Shown here: piece by piece, positions 13,226 to 26,299 of the stretch
Layout: every line of letters starts with the position of its first letter
Numbering within the stretch: position 1 is the stretch's first letter
Origin: Neolecta irregularis DAH-3
Taxonomy: Eukaryota
Length of the DNA: 64,000 nt
Reading direction: 5' to 3'
Assembly (NCBI GenBank): GCA_001929475.1
Contig: LXFE01000976.1
Span: 1 to 64,000, forward strand
Notes under the pieces: generated by a model
Told to the model about the DNA's origin: nothing
The model's input: only the letters and a program-made list of their open reading frames with translations
Database searches by the model: none
Made by a program: the position numbers and the translations under genes

Positions 13226-14989
13226 TCACAAACGATAGTCGTTCTTTCTCTCTTTCCCACGATTTCCTCCTCTGATCATACCCAAGCGGTGGCTCGTGCT
13301 AACATCTGCGATCAAGCGCGTCCGATCAGGATGCCATCCAGCAATAAGATCCTGAACAACAGGAATCCTGTCTTGCCCCCAGGTGATTCCTCCATTGACC
13401 TGCAATTTAAATCAAGTGCATAAAAATATTCTTACCTTCCAACCATCTTTTGTACGATCGGAAACCCGGTAAGATGGAACCCCGCATAATCCAAGTTGGT
13501 GTGCTTCCTCGGTATTCTTTCGGAGCTGTTCCTTGGTACGCGTAGAATTTGCTATTTCAAGAAGCTCGTCCGCGTTGAACCCCTTCTTTGAAAGAACTTC
13601 TGTAAGAATACCTGGATCAGAGATATTTTGGTTTTCCCCCCAAGCGGCGCGATCTATACTGTCAACCATGATGACCAAAGTGTGGCACTTGCAGATAGTT
13701 GGAATTGTGTTGTTATCCGCAATCGCTATTCGAAGAGAATTGATGGTTTTGATGGGAAAGACGTCTGGAAATTCGAACTTGATCAACGGATCCGGAGGAG
13801 TCTGTTGAGATCCAATTGCAGACCAGTGTTTGGCCCAGTCATACATGTCCTGGAAATAGTAACGCTTCTTGGCTTGAGACATTGTGTCCATGGGCAGTTG
13901 AGGCCCTCCCAACCTAAATTGTCAAAATGATATCATTGTAACGATACATTTTGAACAAGGCACCAAGAAGTATGGGCTTATATTCCACAATCAGACCTGT
14001 GCCTGCTTCCCTCTTCATTCTCTCCAGCTGAGTCCATCCAAGGTAAGCAAAGGGACTACTGAAGTCGAACCAAAACTCCAACTTGACCCGACGCCGTTGC
14101 TTCGGCACAGGAGGAACCCGCAAACATCGCGGATGTAACCCGGACAAACCAGTAACCTAGAAAGATCAGTTAGTAATCGAATACGAGGAAACAAACGAGA
14201 TGATATGCAACATTTCGACTTCTTGCAGTGCAAACCGCTTCAACCATGACCATTCTATCAAAGCCCCACCAAAACCGGTTTTCATGTTCAACCCAAAATA
14301 TGGGAACACCGAATGCTCCTCTCTTAATCGCTTCATTTGTTGCGTCTTTTAACGCCGTATGATATTCTAGATGCGAAAATGTTGACTCATCATACTGTAA
14401 ACCCGTGCTGGAACGGGAGATTTCGAGGAGCGCGGAATGGGAGGATATATCAAAGTTATCCGACCAGTAAGCTTTGTACAATGCATGAGTAAGTGCTGCT
14501 CGATGGGAATTTGGAGTAGCATAGATGAGACGAAGTGCTAGATTCTTAGCTCTTTTGCGAGAAACAAGCTACCATGGACAGTTTTAACAGGATGGCTATC
14601 AGGATATCTATATGGGACCTTGTGTCTTTTCAAAGACATTTCGAAATCTCTCATGTATATTCCCTTTTTTGTTGGCGAAAAGACATCCGATGCTGAACCC
14701 TCTTTTCCCTGTCTCGATCAGATGAAGCTTCCGAACTTCAAGCCATACTTGAAGAGCACCCGTAGCTTCGTAAAGAGCACCTAAAAGAACTGGCTTCCAG
14801 ATAATCTGATAAGGTTATCCTCCGAATGGGATTTGATGTTAAACCTCGGCTCCAGATCTGTTTGCTAGAGCTTCAATGCTCCTTGAAGCCATATAGGCAT
14901 AGGGGCATGAAATATCATAACCAAACTGTTTAGTTAGATGGAGATGGCAGTAAATACGGAACCTCAATAGTGTTTCTGATAGACGACAT
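13226..14989 (-). CDS. Protein with two tandem DsbA-like / GST-kappa (HCCA isomerase-like) thioredoxin-fold domains
   Basis: Domain 1: FGYDISCPYAY…WKPVLLGALY…GAFGVPIF…WWGFDR. Domain 2: FWFDFSSPFAY…YKPILLGALF…GLCGVPSY…WGQDR. Confidence 0.88.
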
Positions 14990-15330
14990 GTGGTATGTAC
15001 GATTGAGGTTGCGACGCCAACTTAGCGCCAACTTTAGTTCAACGGTAGTTGCCGGGAAAGGTCAATACAATTTCCTCGTGTTTTTAATGTTGCAATGGTC
15101 TCTATGATTTATTCGGTAACTCTCGCTTTAGCCTCCGCGATCTTCTCGCGCTGTTTCGGTAATTTATGGGGTAAGGGAATTAATTATTCAACTTGAACAG
15201 CACCGACGTATGAAAACAAGTTCTGCAATTTTTGCTAGGAAAGCCTTCTTCTTCTAAGCTATGGATAGATTTGATAAAACTACCTTGTATCTTGTCAAAA
15301 TAGCGAACTGGATCTATATCGGCTAATTAA

Positions 15331-16856
<1,526 letters not shown>

Positions 16857-17137
16857 GTAACAAATGGCCTTGTTCTACATGTCCAAAGACTGGTTTTCTG
16901 AGAAACTGTAGCAAGACAACGTTATATAAACATAGCTACGTCAATAAGAAACATGTTCCTTTTGTCTGTTCTCATGCATAAGTCTCGAGGGAAAGATTCT
17001 TCAAGGTCACAATCAAAGGACATTGAGCTTGTCTTGAAGCGGAAGTTCCGAGTTAGATGGTCGAGATTGCATACTGCCGGAAATGGATATGGCTGTACGA
17101 TATATGGTCTTCGCTCGCCATTCCAATATCCTCAAAC

Positions 17138-17727
17138 ATGTTGATTCTATATTATGCACTGTTATCAATCCCGTTCGTTGTTTCTGAATCTATGTTGCAG
17201 GTTCGGTCAATAAGGTCTCCTTTGCACTTTCTATTCAAGCGATCCGGCTGTCCATCTGCGTGAGTTCTCTTGCAATAAAAATATCTCATCTTTTTACAGT
17301 TACAATCTATGTGCAGGGACCAACTCATGTTGCCCGACGGGCACAGTTTGTCTTCCAAATGCTTTTTGTGATGTTCCGTGTGGACTTAATACAACATCTT
17401 GTTCTTTCGGAGGATGGTGAGAAATTGTGTTCCTCGGAAGACCTAATTGAAAGTTGTCCGTTCGGTACTTATTGCGATATCAAAAATTTAGATTGCACAG
17501 GGAATAATACAGTCGTGGTTGTTGGGGGTGCAAACAGCACAACACAAATGCTGGGTACGCAAGACGCAATATCAACCAGTAGTCGCAACACAATTAGCAG
17601 TCCTACACCAGCTGCTCCAGCAGCTGCAGTTGTGACCATCTTTGTTAATATTACAGAGTCTAGCGGGGCCCATCTAGCATTCAGTGGGCATTGTGTGGCG
17701 CTTTTTCTCTTGGTTGGATTGTTGTAG
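17138..17727 (+). CDS. Secreted 12-Cys protein with Ser/Thr stalk and likely GPI signal (paralog A, 2 introns)
   Basis: Signal peptide; spliced CPSAYNLCAGTNSCCPTGTVCLPNAFCDVPCGLNTTSCSFGGCCPFGTYCDIKNLDC; hydrophobic C-terminus. Confidence 0.8.
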
Positions 17728-17925
17728 TGGGTCATATATTTTCTAAATGCAGTATTATTTTTCAAAGATTCCGGATTGGGCCTGGTTTTGCCTCTACAAG
17801 GTCAGATGTCAGCCAAAAGTGCTATTTTCACTTGTGGGTGCCAGTCTCTGTCCAGATGCGGCATCCCCAGAAAGTGGATAAAGCACCGAAGGAGCCTGGG
17901 CTCGGTATCTTGGAATATCACCAAA

Positions 17926-18508
17926 ATGCTAGTCAAATTCCTCGTATGTGCTTCTTTAATGAGCCTCAGCTCCGCAATTCAACTTCAAGATGGAGTTGAG
18001 TTTGTCCCTATAAAGCTGAGAGGCGTAATGCATGTCAATGTGATTCCTGCGAATGCCACTTCAACAGATACTAGCTGCCCAGCAGGGTAATATGTATCTG
18101 AGGCTTAGGCTTACCTTTCAGATTTGGTAGTTGTCCATCCGGAGGTACATGCTGCCCCACTGGAATTAAGTGTGATGCAAACAATTTCTGCAATATCAGC
18201 TGCACTGCTCAAGACACAAATTGCTCATTTGGAGGATGGTATAAGCTCTTTATCCTTTGGAATTAGCTAAAGCCTTCAGTTGTCCGCCCGGCTTTATCTG
18301 CGATTCGGCAAGTGATGGATGTGTTTCAAGTTCAAGTCCAAGTTCCAATGGGAACACAGCCGTTGCCGCAGCCTCAGGCCCAAACGCAACTACTACAACT
18401 TCAAGTTCGGCAGTTCCCACTCATACCAAGACTAGTGGCGCTTCCGCAGTTGAATACGGTGGTATCTTGCAAATGATTCTTTCACTGGTCGGGCTTCTCG
18501 TCTTGTAA
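17926..18508 (+). CDS. Secreted 12-Cys protein with Ser/Thr stalk and likely GPI signal (paralog B, 2 introns)
   Basis: Signal peptide; spliced CPAGFGSCPSGGTCCPTGIKCDANNFCNISCTAQDTNCSFGGCCPPGFICDSASDGC; ends SGASA…ILSLVGLLVL. Confidence 0.82.
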
Positions 18509-19522
18509 GAAAACGAATACAGTTATGGACATTTTTTCAATTGTGGAGGTTTAGGTGCGTTCGCCAGCCACCCCCAAAAAAGAACTCCATTTTCTAAAAC
18601 AGGGAAGGGAATATTGTACTTGTCGGTGGCAATTAACATTTTGAAAACTTATTTTTTGTAAACGACACAAAACGCGTTCGCCGCCACACAGAAATAAAAA
18701 AATACCTTTTTGGTCAACGTCACAAAGGCCCGACAACGTTGCTTCTCGGTAGTACTATTGTAGTAGTGGTTGATAATATTGCTGAATTGTTAATGTTCTT
18801 GAATAAGAGATGAGCAAATCTCCTCGCAAAACTCATAGAAAACAGAAACCTGCTATCCCTCGCCCCGCACTACCGACCAGCTCCATCCTCGAAATCCCCC
18901 TCCTCCTCACCAGAATCTCCGAAGCCCCTTTGCCCTCCTAAAACGCACCGTCAGGCACATCTACAATGACACCTATGCTCTCGTCGAACTCTATCCCGGC
19001 ACAGACGATCCCGCAAAGTATCTCTTAGAAGAATGCGCGCATATCTCGAAATTCATCACTACCATCAACATAACCCTAAATGGACAGGCGCGGGGGCAAG
19101 GTGATGGTGTTTTGTGAGGGAGGTAATATGTTAAGGGGTGCGATGTGTGTGGGGTATATGAAGAATGGAAATATTCATACCTAACCAAGTTCACATACTT
19201 AGGTTAGACAACAAAACCTAGTTTTATTTATACCTCAAGCGCACAACTTACCCTGATCCTGGTCAATGTCGATAGCGGCAGCAATTCTGTCGCTGTTTTA
19301 GACAACAATTAAGTGAAGAAATATACAGAGGATTTAGGGTTTAACCGTATACAGGAATGCAGAAGTGAAAGCTTTTCCAGTGTCGACGGGAAGCGTGTTC
19401 CAATTTTTATTTTCCTGTTGGAATAACAGGAAATCTCGGGCCGTGCTCCACAGGGACAAAATTGCATACAGTTCATCCTTCTTCCACGTACACTTGTAGC
19501 GTTCTTCCTCTACTATAACGCT

Positions 19523-20714
19523 ATGTCTATCCAGTCATCCGTAAAGCTGGATGGTATGCCTCTTAAATCAAACAATGCTTCCCATTGCCAGCTTCGTTCT
19601 CGCGCGCTAAGGTTTCCGGGATCCCTCAAGCAATTGCGCATCGCGGATTCAAAGGTCTCTTCCCCGAAAACACAATGTCTGCTTTCCGTGCCGCAATCGA
19701 AGCGGGCGCAGATGCTCTGGAGGCAGGCATAATCTAAGGAAGGGATCTACCACTGATTCTATAGATATTCATCTATCCCGTGACAATCAGATCGTGATGT
19801 GTCATGATCCAAATCTTTTGCGTTGTTTCAACATTAAGAAACAGGTTTCGGATATGGATTACTACGGAGAGATCGATAAGCTTCTAACCGTCAAAGAACC
19901 AAAGGACAAAATGCCGTTGTTGAAGGATGTCCTTGAACTGGTCCATACAAAAGTTCAATGGCTGCTGATCGATATCAAGGTTGACCAGTATCCAGAATGT
20001 GTATTGATTTCCAGATGGATAACCCCATCCGAATCATCCATGAAATTGCAAAGGTTCTACAAGTTGAAGATTCTTTAGACTTTTGGGCTGGTCGAATTTT
20101 GCTCGGCATTTGGCATGATAAATTTCTTCAAGTATTCCATTTAAACTTTGACAAAATGGAATTCCTAAGATGAGCAGGCGTGTGAATCCGAGCTTCCCAT
20201 GATTCCCATTACTGCATGTAATTCTGTTTTTACATTCTAATCCTACAGCATATCAGCCTGAGCACGACATATGCTCGCTCAAAATTTCTGCATCATTCAC
20301 AGGTCCAGTCCCTTAATATGTATCTTCCTTCATTGTACAATGAAAATTCTTTCATCAAAGAAGCTCAAGCAATGGGCAAAACAGTTTTGGTCTGGACTGT
20401 CAACGATGAGGTATGTTGAAACAAGTTACAGGGCTCACATTATAGGACTGGATGCAGTAGCTTCCCTTTCTGTTGCCAGTCTTATCTTTCAGCTGGGCTC
20501 TTGATATTGGGGTTGATGGCGTCATTTCTGACTATCCGAACAAGACTATGAAGTAAACTCTGTCAAAAGCTCATGGATAACTCATTCTGTTAGGGTTATA
20601 CATGAAAAGCCCGGTTCCTTTCACTGGAGTTTCGGCAAGATGGTCATGATGTGGACTGGGAAAATTCTTGGACGAATTGTCATGACTTGGAGAGTTTGGA
20701 AATGGAGTATATAA
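19523..20714 (+). CDS. Glycerophosphodiester phosphodiesterase, Pgc1-like
   Basis: Spliced IAHRGFKGLFPENTMSAFRAAIEAGADALEADIHLSRDNQIVMCHD; LLIDIK; VWTVND; GVDGVISDYP; hydrophobic C-terminal tail. Confidence 0.9.
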
Positions 20715-21330
20715 ATATGTTTCGGCGCTATGCTGTGACGATTATCTTGTCTATTTATTTATTATTATTCATTTGACGAATGGTCTCGAATTATCCCAGA
20801 ATCTGATTTCTCTTCAAATGAGGGGGTAGGAGGGCCGCGCGGATTATTAAGCGATATAAGTGGTCAAGTTGAACCATTTGTACTTAACTAGAGGTCATAT
20901 AATCCAAGGATATCTACTATTTGCCCTACTACCCAATGTTTTCAATCTAAAATAATCATGATAATTTCATTATTGATTCATTTGAGTACTAATTTTATTG
21001 ATTCAGATTTGTTTGTGAATCATACTAGCTACCCTAGCTGTATTCTTCTACTGTGTCTTGAGAGAATATCATCTATTATCCATGGCTCTAGGGATTTTGA
21101 TTTTCTTTGAGCACTTGGCTTTAATCCAGATCCTCGCGGGATTCACTGTATAACATGATAAGTTATATTTGCACAATTTTGAATAACCCTAACTGTGAGC
21201 GTTCTGGTGTTCCCTTTTGTCGCTCGTGGGCTTGGGTTGGTATGTTGATAGTGCGGCAGCTGCGTTGAGTGAAGGTAACTACGTTTATAACCAATTTACA
21301 CGATTGTCCCTCTGCTAGCCTGATGCGAAC

Positions 21331-21928
21331 CTACTTAAATAGTAATTCTTTGAGGCACACTTCGCTGCCTATTAGCTCCTTCCTCTACGGACCCCCATCC
21401 GTTCCGCACATCTCCTGATTGAGCTCATTAGCTTTTCTTGCGGACTATTACGATCGATCGCGCTGTAAGGATGTTGCTGCTCTGTTTGTCAGTGACGAGG
21501 TTGACTTCCTCTTTGAGCTGCCGAGCTCTTCTTGCGGACAGAGATTGATTGAGTGTCAACGGTATTGCTACCCTCTTTGTTCGAGACGAGGCTGACTTCT
21601 TCATTGAGCTTCCTAGCTCTTCTTTCGGATGGAGAGATCGATCGGGCTTCGAGGTGGTCGCCACTTGATTTGCCGGTGGCGGAGGTTATTTATCCCTGGT
21701 GGCTGTGGCGGTTCCAGGAATCGACACACTAACCCTAGCCTCAAGTCTCTGATTCGAATTTTGCTTTCGCTGGTAAGATCTGCTCTAAATTTTGTTCAAT
21801 ATGTATTGTTCTGGGGATTAATTCCGCAAAGTCCACTCCACGAAAGAAATTTCGAAGAGATGAAACTCGCAGTTTCAAGTTAGATCTCGGATGAGTAGGC
21901 TTAACATGATCCACGATTGATTCCACAT
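21331..21928 (-). CDS. Hypothetical small multi-exon gene or remnant; 5' structure unresolved
   Basis: Coding-like segments joinable by a 29-nt GT-AG intron (…RRARQLKEE|QHPYSAIDRNSPQEKLMSSIRR…ELLFK*); an upstream in-frame TAA is unexplained. Confidence 0.3.
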
Positions 21929-22149
21929 CTAATTACAAACGAATAATTTACAAGATTACAGTTCTACCGCGATAATTGAATCTATTTGCTCAATGTAAAC
22001 TTTTTAGATAATTCATTTTATGCCATCTGAGAAGAGGCTCGGCGTGACGACTGGCATCCCAAATCCAGCTTCCCGCAATCTTCTAGTCGATATTCCGCCT
22101 AATTTACTGATTTTGATCCGTCCGCACAAGTTCTCGCGATTGGTCCTCA

Positions 22150-23577
22150 ATGTCTGAACCTGCAATTGGTGATTCAAGGATAGACTTGTACAATTAACGG
22201 CAATAGTTCTCGATCAAGGAACCGGCTTCGTCAAATGTGGCTTCGCAGGGCAAAACTTTCCTCAACATACGTTTCCAAGCATGGTAGGAAGACCAATGCT
22301 TCGAAGTGAAGAACGTAGCGGGAGTATTGAGATCCGCGATATTATGGTCGGCGATGAAGCAAGTGCAGTAAGGACGTCATTACAAATTAGTTACCCTGTA
22401 CCACTCATTTCATTTCAAGAACGCGCTTACCCAAAGCTGGAGAATGGGATTATCAGAAATTGGGAGGACATGAAATATCTTTGGGATTATACCTTTACGG
22501 AGAGATTGAAAGTCGACACCAAAGACAGGAATATTCTCCTTACTGAAGCGCCCATGAACCCACTGGCTAATCGCCAACGGATGTGCGAAGTTATGTTTGA
22601 AAATTATCAATTTGGTGGGGTCTATGTGGCGATCCAGGCTGTTCTTGCACTATATGCCCAGGGTAGAGTTATTTACCGATATTGACTGACTTTTAGGTCT
22701 TAGCAGCGGGGTCGTTGTTGATTCAGGCGACGGGGTGACGCATATTGTCCCCGTTTATGAATCCGTTATTCTAAGCCATCTTACTAGACGGCTTGACGTT
22801 GCTGGACGTGATGTTACGCGGCAGATGATCAAGCTATTACTTCGGAGAGGCTATGCATTCAATCGGACTGCAGATTTCGAAACAGTTAGGCAAATTAAGG
22901 AAAAGGTATGTTATGTTAGGTGCGTATGTAGTTTAGTCCTGCGACTGACAAAAAGTTATGATTTGGATATGGATATGAAGCTCGCAGAAGAGACTACCAC
23001 GTTGGTGGAAAGCTACACAGTATGATGCTGGTACAAAATCTGGTATTTACATCTAGCTACCTGATGGAAGAGTTATTAAAGTCGGCCAAGAACGATTCGA
23101 GGCACCTGAATGCTTATTCCAGCCTCATCTCGTTGACAAAGAGCAACCGGGAATAGCTGAGATCGTTTTCGATACCATTCAAAGTGCAAACGTGGATATT
23201 CGATCGTCTCTTTATAAAGCAATCGTTTTATCAGGAGGCAGCTCTATGTATCCTGGGCTTCCCTCTCGGCTAGAAAAGTAAGCGTCTCTCTGAGAGGATA
23301 CTCGATTAACATTTTAGGGAGATTAAACAACTTTGGCTTTCAAGAGTACTGCACAATGATCCCACCCGGCTGAATGTATGATTCTATCGACCCCACAAGT
23401 ATGTCTGACTTTGATAAGAAATTAAAGGTCCGGATCGAAGATCCTCCAAGAAGACGACATATGGTTTTTTTAGGGGGCGCTCTGCTCGCTCAGATTTTGC
23501 CTCAACAAATGTGGATTACGCGAGATGAATGGAATGAGGAGGGTCCAAAGGCGCTGGAGAAACTTGGGCGTTCGTGA
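22150..23577 (+). CDS. ARP2: Actin-related protein 2
   Basis: [72 protein letters not shown]. Confidence 0.97.
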
Positions 23578-23920
23578 TATGGCAGTGTTTGAAGCCGCGA
23601 ATTAGAACTGGACGAGGCTCAGATGCGGCTTCTTTATGCCGAATTAAAACCTTCATGATATTCACCAGAGACTCTCATTGGCCAAACCTCACATGGCAGA
23701 TAAGCGTGATAGCCGTCTTCTACCTTTATCGTTCTAGAACACGGCCAAGAAGAAAAAAGGGCGCCAAAGAGTTTGGCTAACAGTGTTCTGACACTCGCGA
23801 TGTGCACAAGCTAAGGCTAATTCCGCGCTCAATTAAATATTTTGTCTCAGCGCCTTTCCTAATCTGCCATTTAAATACAGAAACAGAAGGTTTCACCGGG
23901 TTCTTGTCCATCTCCACACC

Positions 23921-24361
23921 ATGAAAATACTCGCTCTCGTCTTGGCTTGTGCTGTAGCTGCAGTCTCTGCCCAGTCTGTTGGCGGTCCTTCCTGCGCCCA
24001 GCCGTGTTTTCTCACCGCTATCTCAAATACTGCCTGTGGTTTCGATCCTGCTTGTCTTTGCAAAAGCAGCACTTTCATCAATGCCGTCTCCGTTTGTATT
24101 CAGAAAGACTGCGACTCTGCGGATCAGGCGACGGCTCTGAGCTACGCTGAGGGGATCTGCAAAGCTGCTTCCGTTCCCATTTCCGTTGCTTTTCCCTCTG
24201 GAACTAAAATCGACTCCTCGAACAAGGGATCGGCTTCAAACGGTACTGTTCCTTCAAGCAGCACTACCGCTACCCTACCGACCAAGACTAAAAATGCTGC
24301 TCGACAAATGGAGATTGGAGGAGGAATTGTTGGAGGCCTGGTTATGTTGATGGTTCTATAG
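23921..24361 (+). CDS. CFEM-domain, likely GPI-anchored cell-surface protein
   Basis: Signal peptide; PSCAQPC…CGFDPACLC…VCIQKDC…GIC eight-Cys CFEM spacing; S/T stalk; hydrophobic tail. Confidence 0.92.
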   Translation: MKILALVLACAVAAVSAQSVGGPSCAQPCFLTAISNTACGFDPACLCKSSTFINAVSVCIQKDCDSADQATALSYAEGICKAASVPISVAFPSGTKIDSSNKGSASNGTVPSSSTTATLPTKTKNAARQMEIGGGIVGGLVMLMVL

Positions 24362-24559
24362 ACAGCGAGGAAATTTTTCTTTTCTTTTTTTTTCTTTTCT
24401 ATCTTTTTTTCCTGTATCTTCAGACTATTATCGTATCCACCTGCTTTGTTGGATATATGGCGAGTCTTTGATGTATCGAGTGCACGTGTGGGCGCGAGGC
24501 CATCCCAGTCACGGCAGCCAGATAATTAAATTTGAACCAGCCAGCCAGAAAGTACCGCA

Positions 24560-25091
24560 ATGCACATTTGCACTGCCCAAAACTCGTCTCCGCCTCCGAA
24601 AGACCGGACTCGGCTTCTGAGTCCAGCATCCTCAAAATCCCAGCCGTCTTTACGCAAAAGGCGTAGGACCACTAGCCAGGAACTCACTATACTCGAAGAT
24701 GAATACAGCAAGAATCCACGCCCAGGAAAGCTCGACAGAGAAAGAATTTGCAAGTCTTTAAACTGGGAAAGCAAAACTCTCCAGGTCTGTTTTTCATAAG
24801 TGGGGATCGTCTGATCCATAGATCTGGTTCCAGAACAGGCGACAATCACAGAGGAAAAAACACACCCCTAATCTTCCTTCGCGATCTGTCTTTACAAACT
24901 TGGCTTTCAGTAATATCACACTCCGACTGTCCACAAGCATTGGTGGAAAGGCCGAGGTCACGATTGACAGCACACCTGGCAAGCGTAAACGGATAGATGG
25001 AAAAGAAAATATTCCTTTATCAGCATTGTTAGAAGAAGATGAAGAAGCTGCAGTCCTAAGTCTAATCGGACTGAAAGCTGCTGCCTGGTGA
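24560..25091 (+). CDS. Homeodomain transcription factor, Yox1/Yhp1-like (1 intron)
   Basis: RKRRRTTSQELTILEDEYSKNPRP…LQ|IWFQNRRQ; downstream RLSTSIGGKAEV and C-terminal AVLSLIGLK..W resemble Yox1 family motifs. Confidence 0.85.
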
Positions 25092-25185
25092 TTGATCTTT
25101 GGGGTACTTGTTTATGTATTTCCGGGGCATCATAGATAGAAATTAGTATTAATATTGGGGGCTATCGATGAAAGAGGTATATAAA

Positions 25186-25506
25186 TCAATCTTGTTTTGT
25201 GATCTTGAAACCGATTAATGAGAACTCTTGCATAGTTGAAATTATAAGCGCGGTATTCTCGAGGAAAGAATTAATACATAGCCTCAACATCCGTACATCA
25301 ATGCATTCAAAATCTGCAATCAGATTATTTTGTGACGATTTCAAGGTGCGCTTGACAAGCTCCGGCTTGAGTTCTTGGTCTGGCGACAATATCTGAACTG
25401 CAAACCCCGCAAGCTCTTCGGTTGGAAATGGGATAGATATAGCTCTGTGAATTAGTCCTTTCTTTGAATGTAGCGTTTCACACGTCTTGATTGGTAATGG
25501 AATCAT
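25186..25506 (-). CDS. PCC1: KEOPS/EKC subunit Pcc1 (t6A tRNA modification), 1 intron
   Basis: ISIPFPTEELA..A...LSPDQELKPELVKRTL…DVRMLRLCINSFLE. Confidence 0.9.
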   Translation of the reverse strand: MIPLPIKTCETLHSKKGLIHRAISIPFPTEELAGFAVQILSPDQELKPELVKRTLKSSQNNLIADFECIDVRMLRLCINSFLENTALIISTMQEFSLIGFKITKQD

Positions 25507-25561
25507 GGTGGAGAGGCCACGCGCTCAAAGTTTCAGGAAATTTTCCACCTCATTTTTTAAC

Positions 25562-26199
25562 ATGGGAAAAGAACGCAAGGAAAAGAAAGACAAAAAGTCT
25601 GGAAAATCTGAATCCCACGAGGATGATGAAGGTCAAATTACCGTTGTGGAAACTACTCCGGCAAAGAAATCAAGGAAATCTGATGTCGTTGACGAAATCG
25701 ACCTCTATGATGAAAAACTGGAGTTCATTTCCCCGATAGCTAAACCTCTGGCTCAAAAGAAATTGAATAAAAAGCTTCTGAAGTGTGTAAGGAAAGGTTT
25801 TAGATGACGAGTATATCCTTACTGAATGTCCAGCTACCAAGACGAAGGCTGTTAAAAGGGGAGTTAAAGAAGTCGTCAAAGCTTTACGAAAAAACGAAGT
25901 TGGACTTGTTATTCTTGCTGGAGATATCTCGCCCATTGACGTTATCTCGCATATTCCCGTATTATGCGAAGATCACAATAGTATTGATCTCTTTTCTTGG
26001 AGCTTTCTAACTCACTTCAGTTCCCTATATATTCACACCAAGCAAAGAAGAACTTGGTTCCGCTGGTCAAACTAAACGCCCCACAAGTGTCGTCATGATC
26101 GTCAAGAAGAGCAAGAAGGGTGAAAATGAAGGAGACTGGACTGAATCTTATGAAGAACTCCGTAAAGAGGTTTTGAAAGCCGATGAATGCATGACGTGA
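25562..26199 (+). CDS. NHP2: H/ACA snoRNP subunit Nhp2
   Basis: PIAKPLAQKKLNKKLLK; KRGVKEVVKALRK; LAGDISPIDVISHIPVLCED; SKEELGSAGQTKRPTSVV. Confidence 0.96.
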
Positions 26200-26299
26200 A
26201 CTCTTTTATGGCAATTTAATTGTTGATGTTAAATATTATTATAGAAGACCATTGATTAGAGAACACTTATAACTTAAATCTGCAAAAGAAATGAGACTT

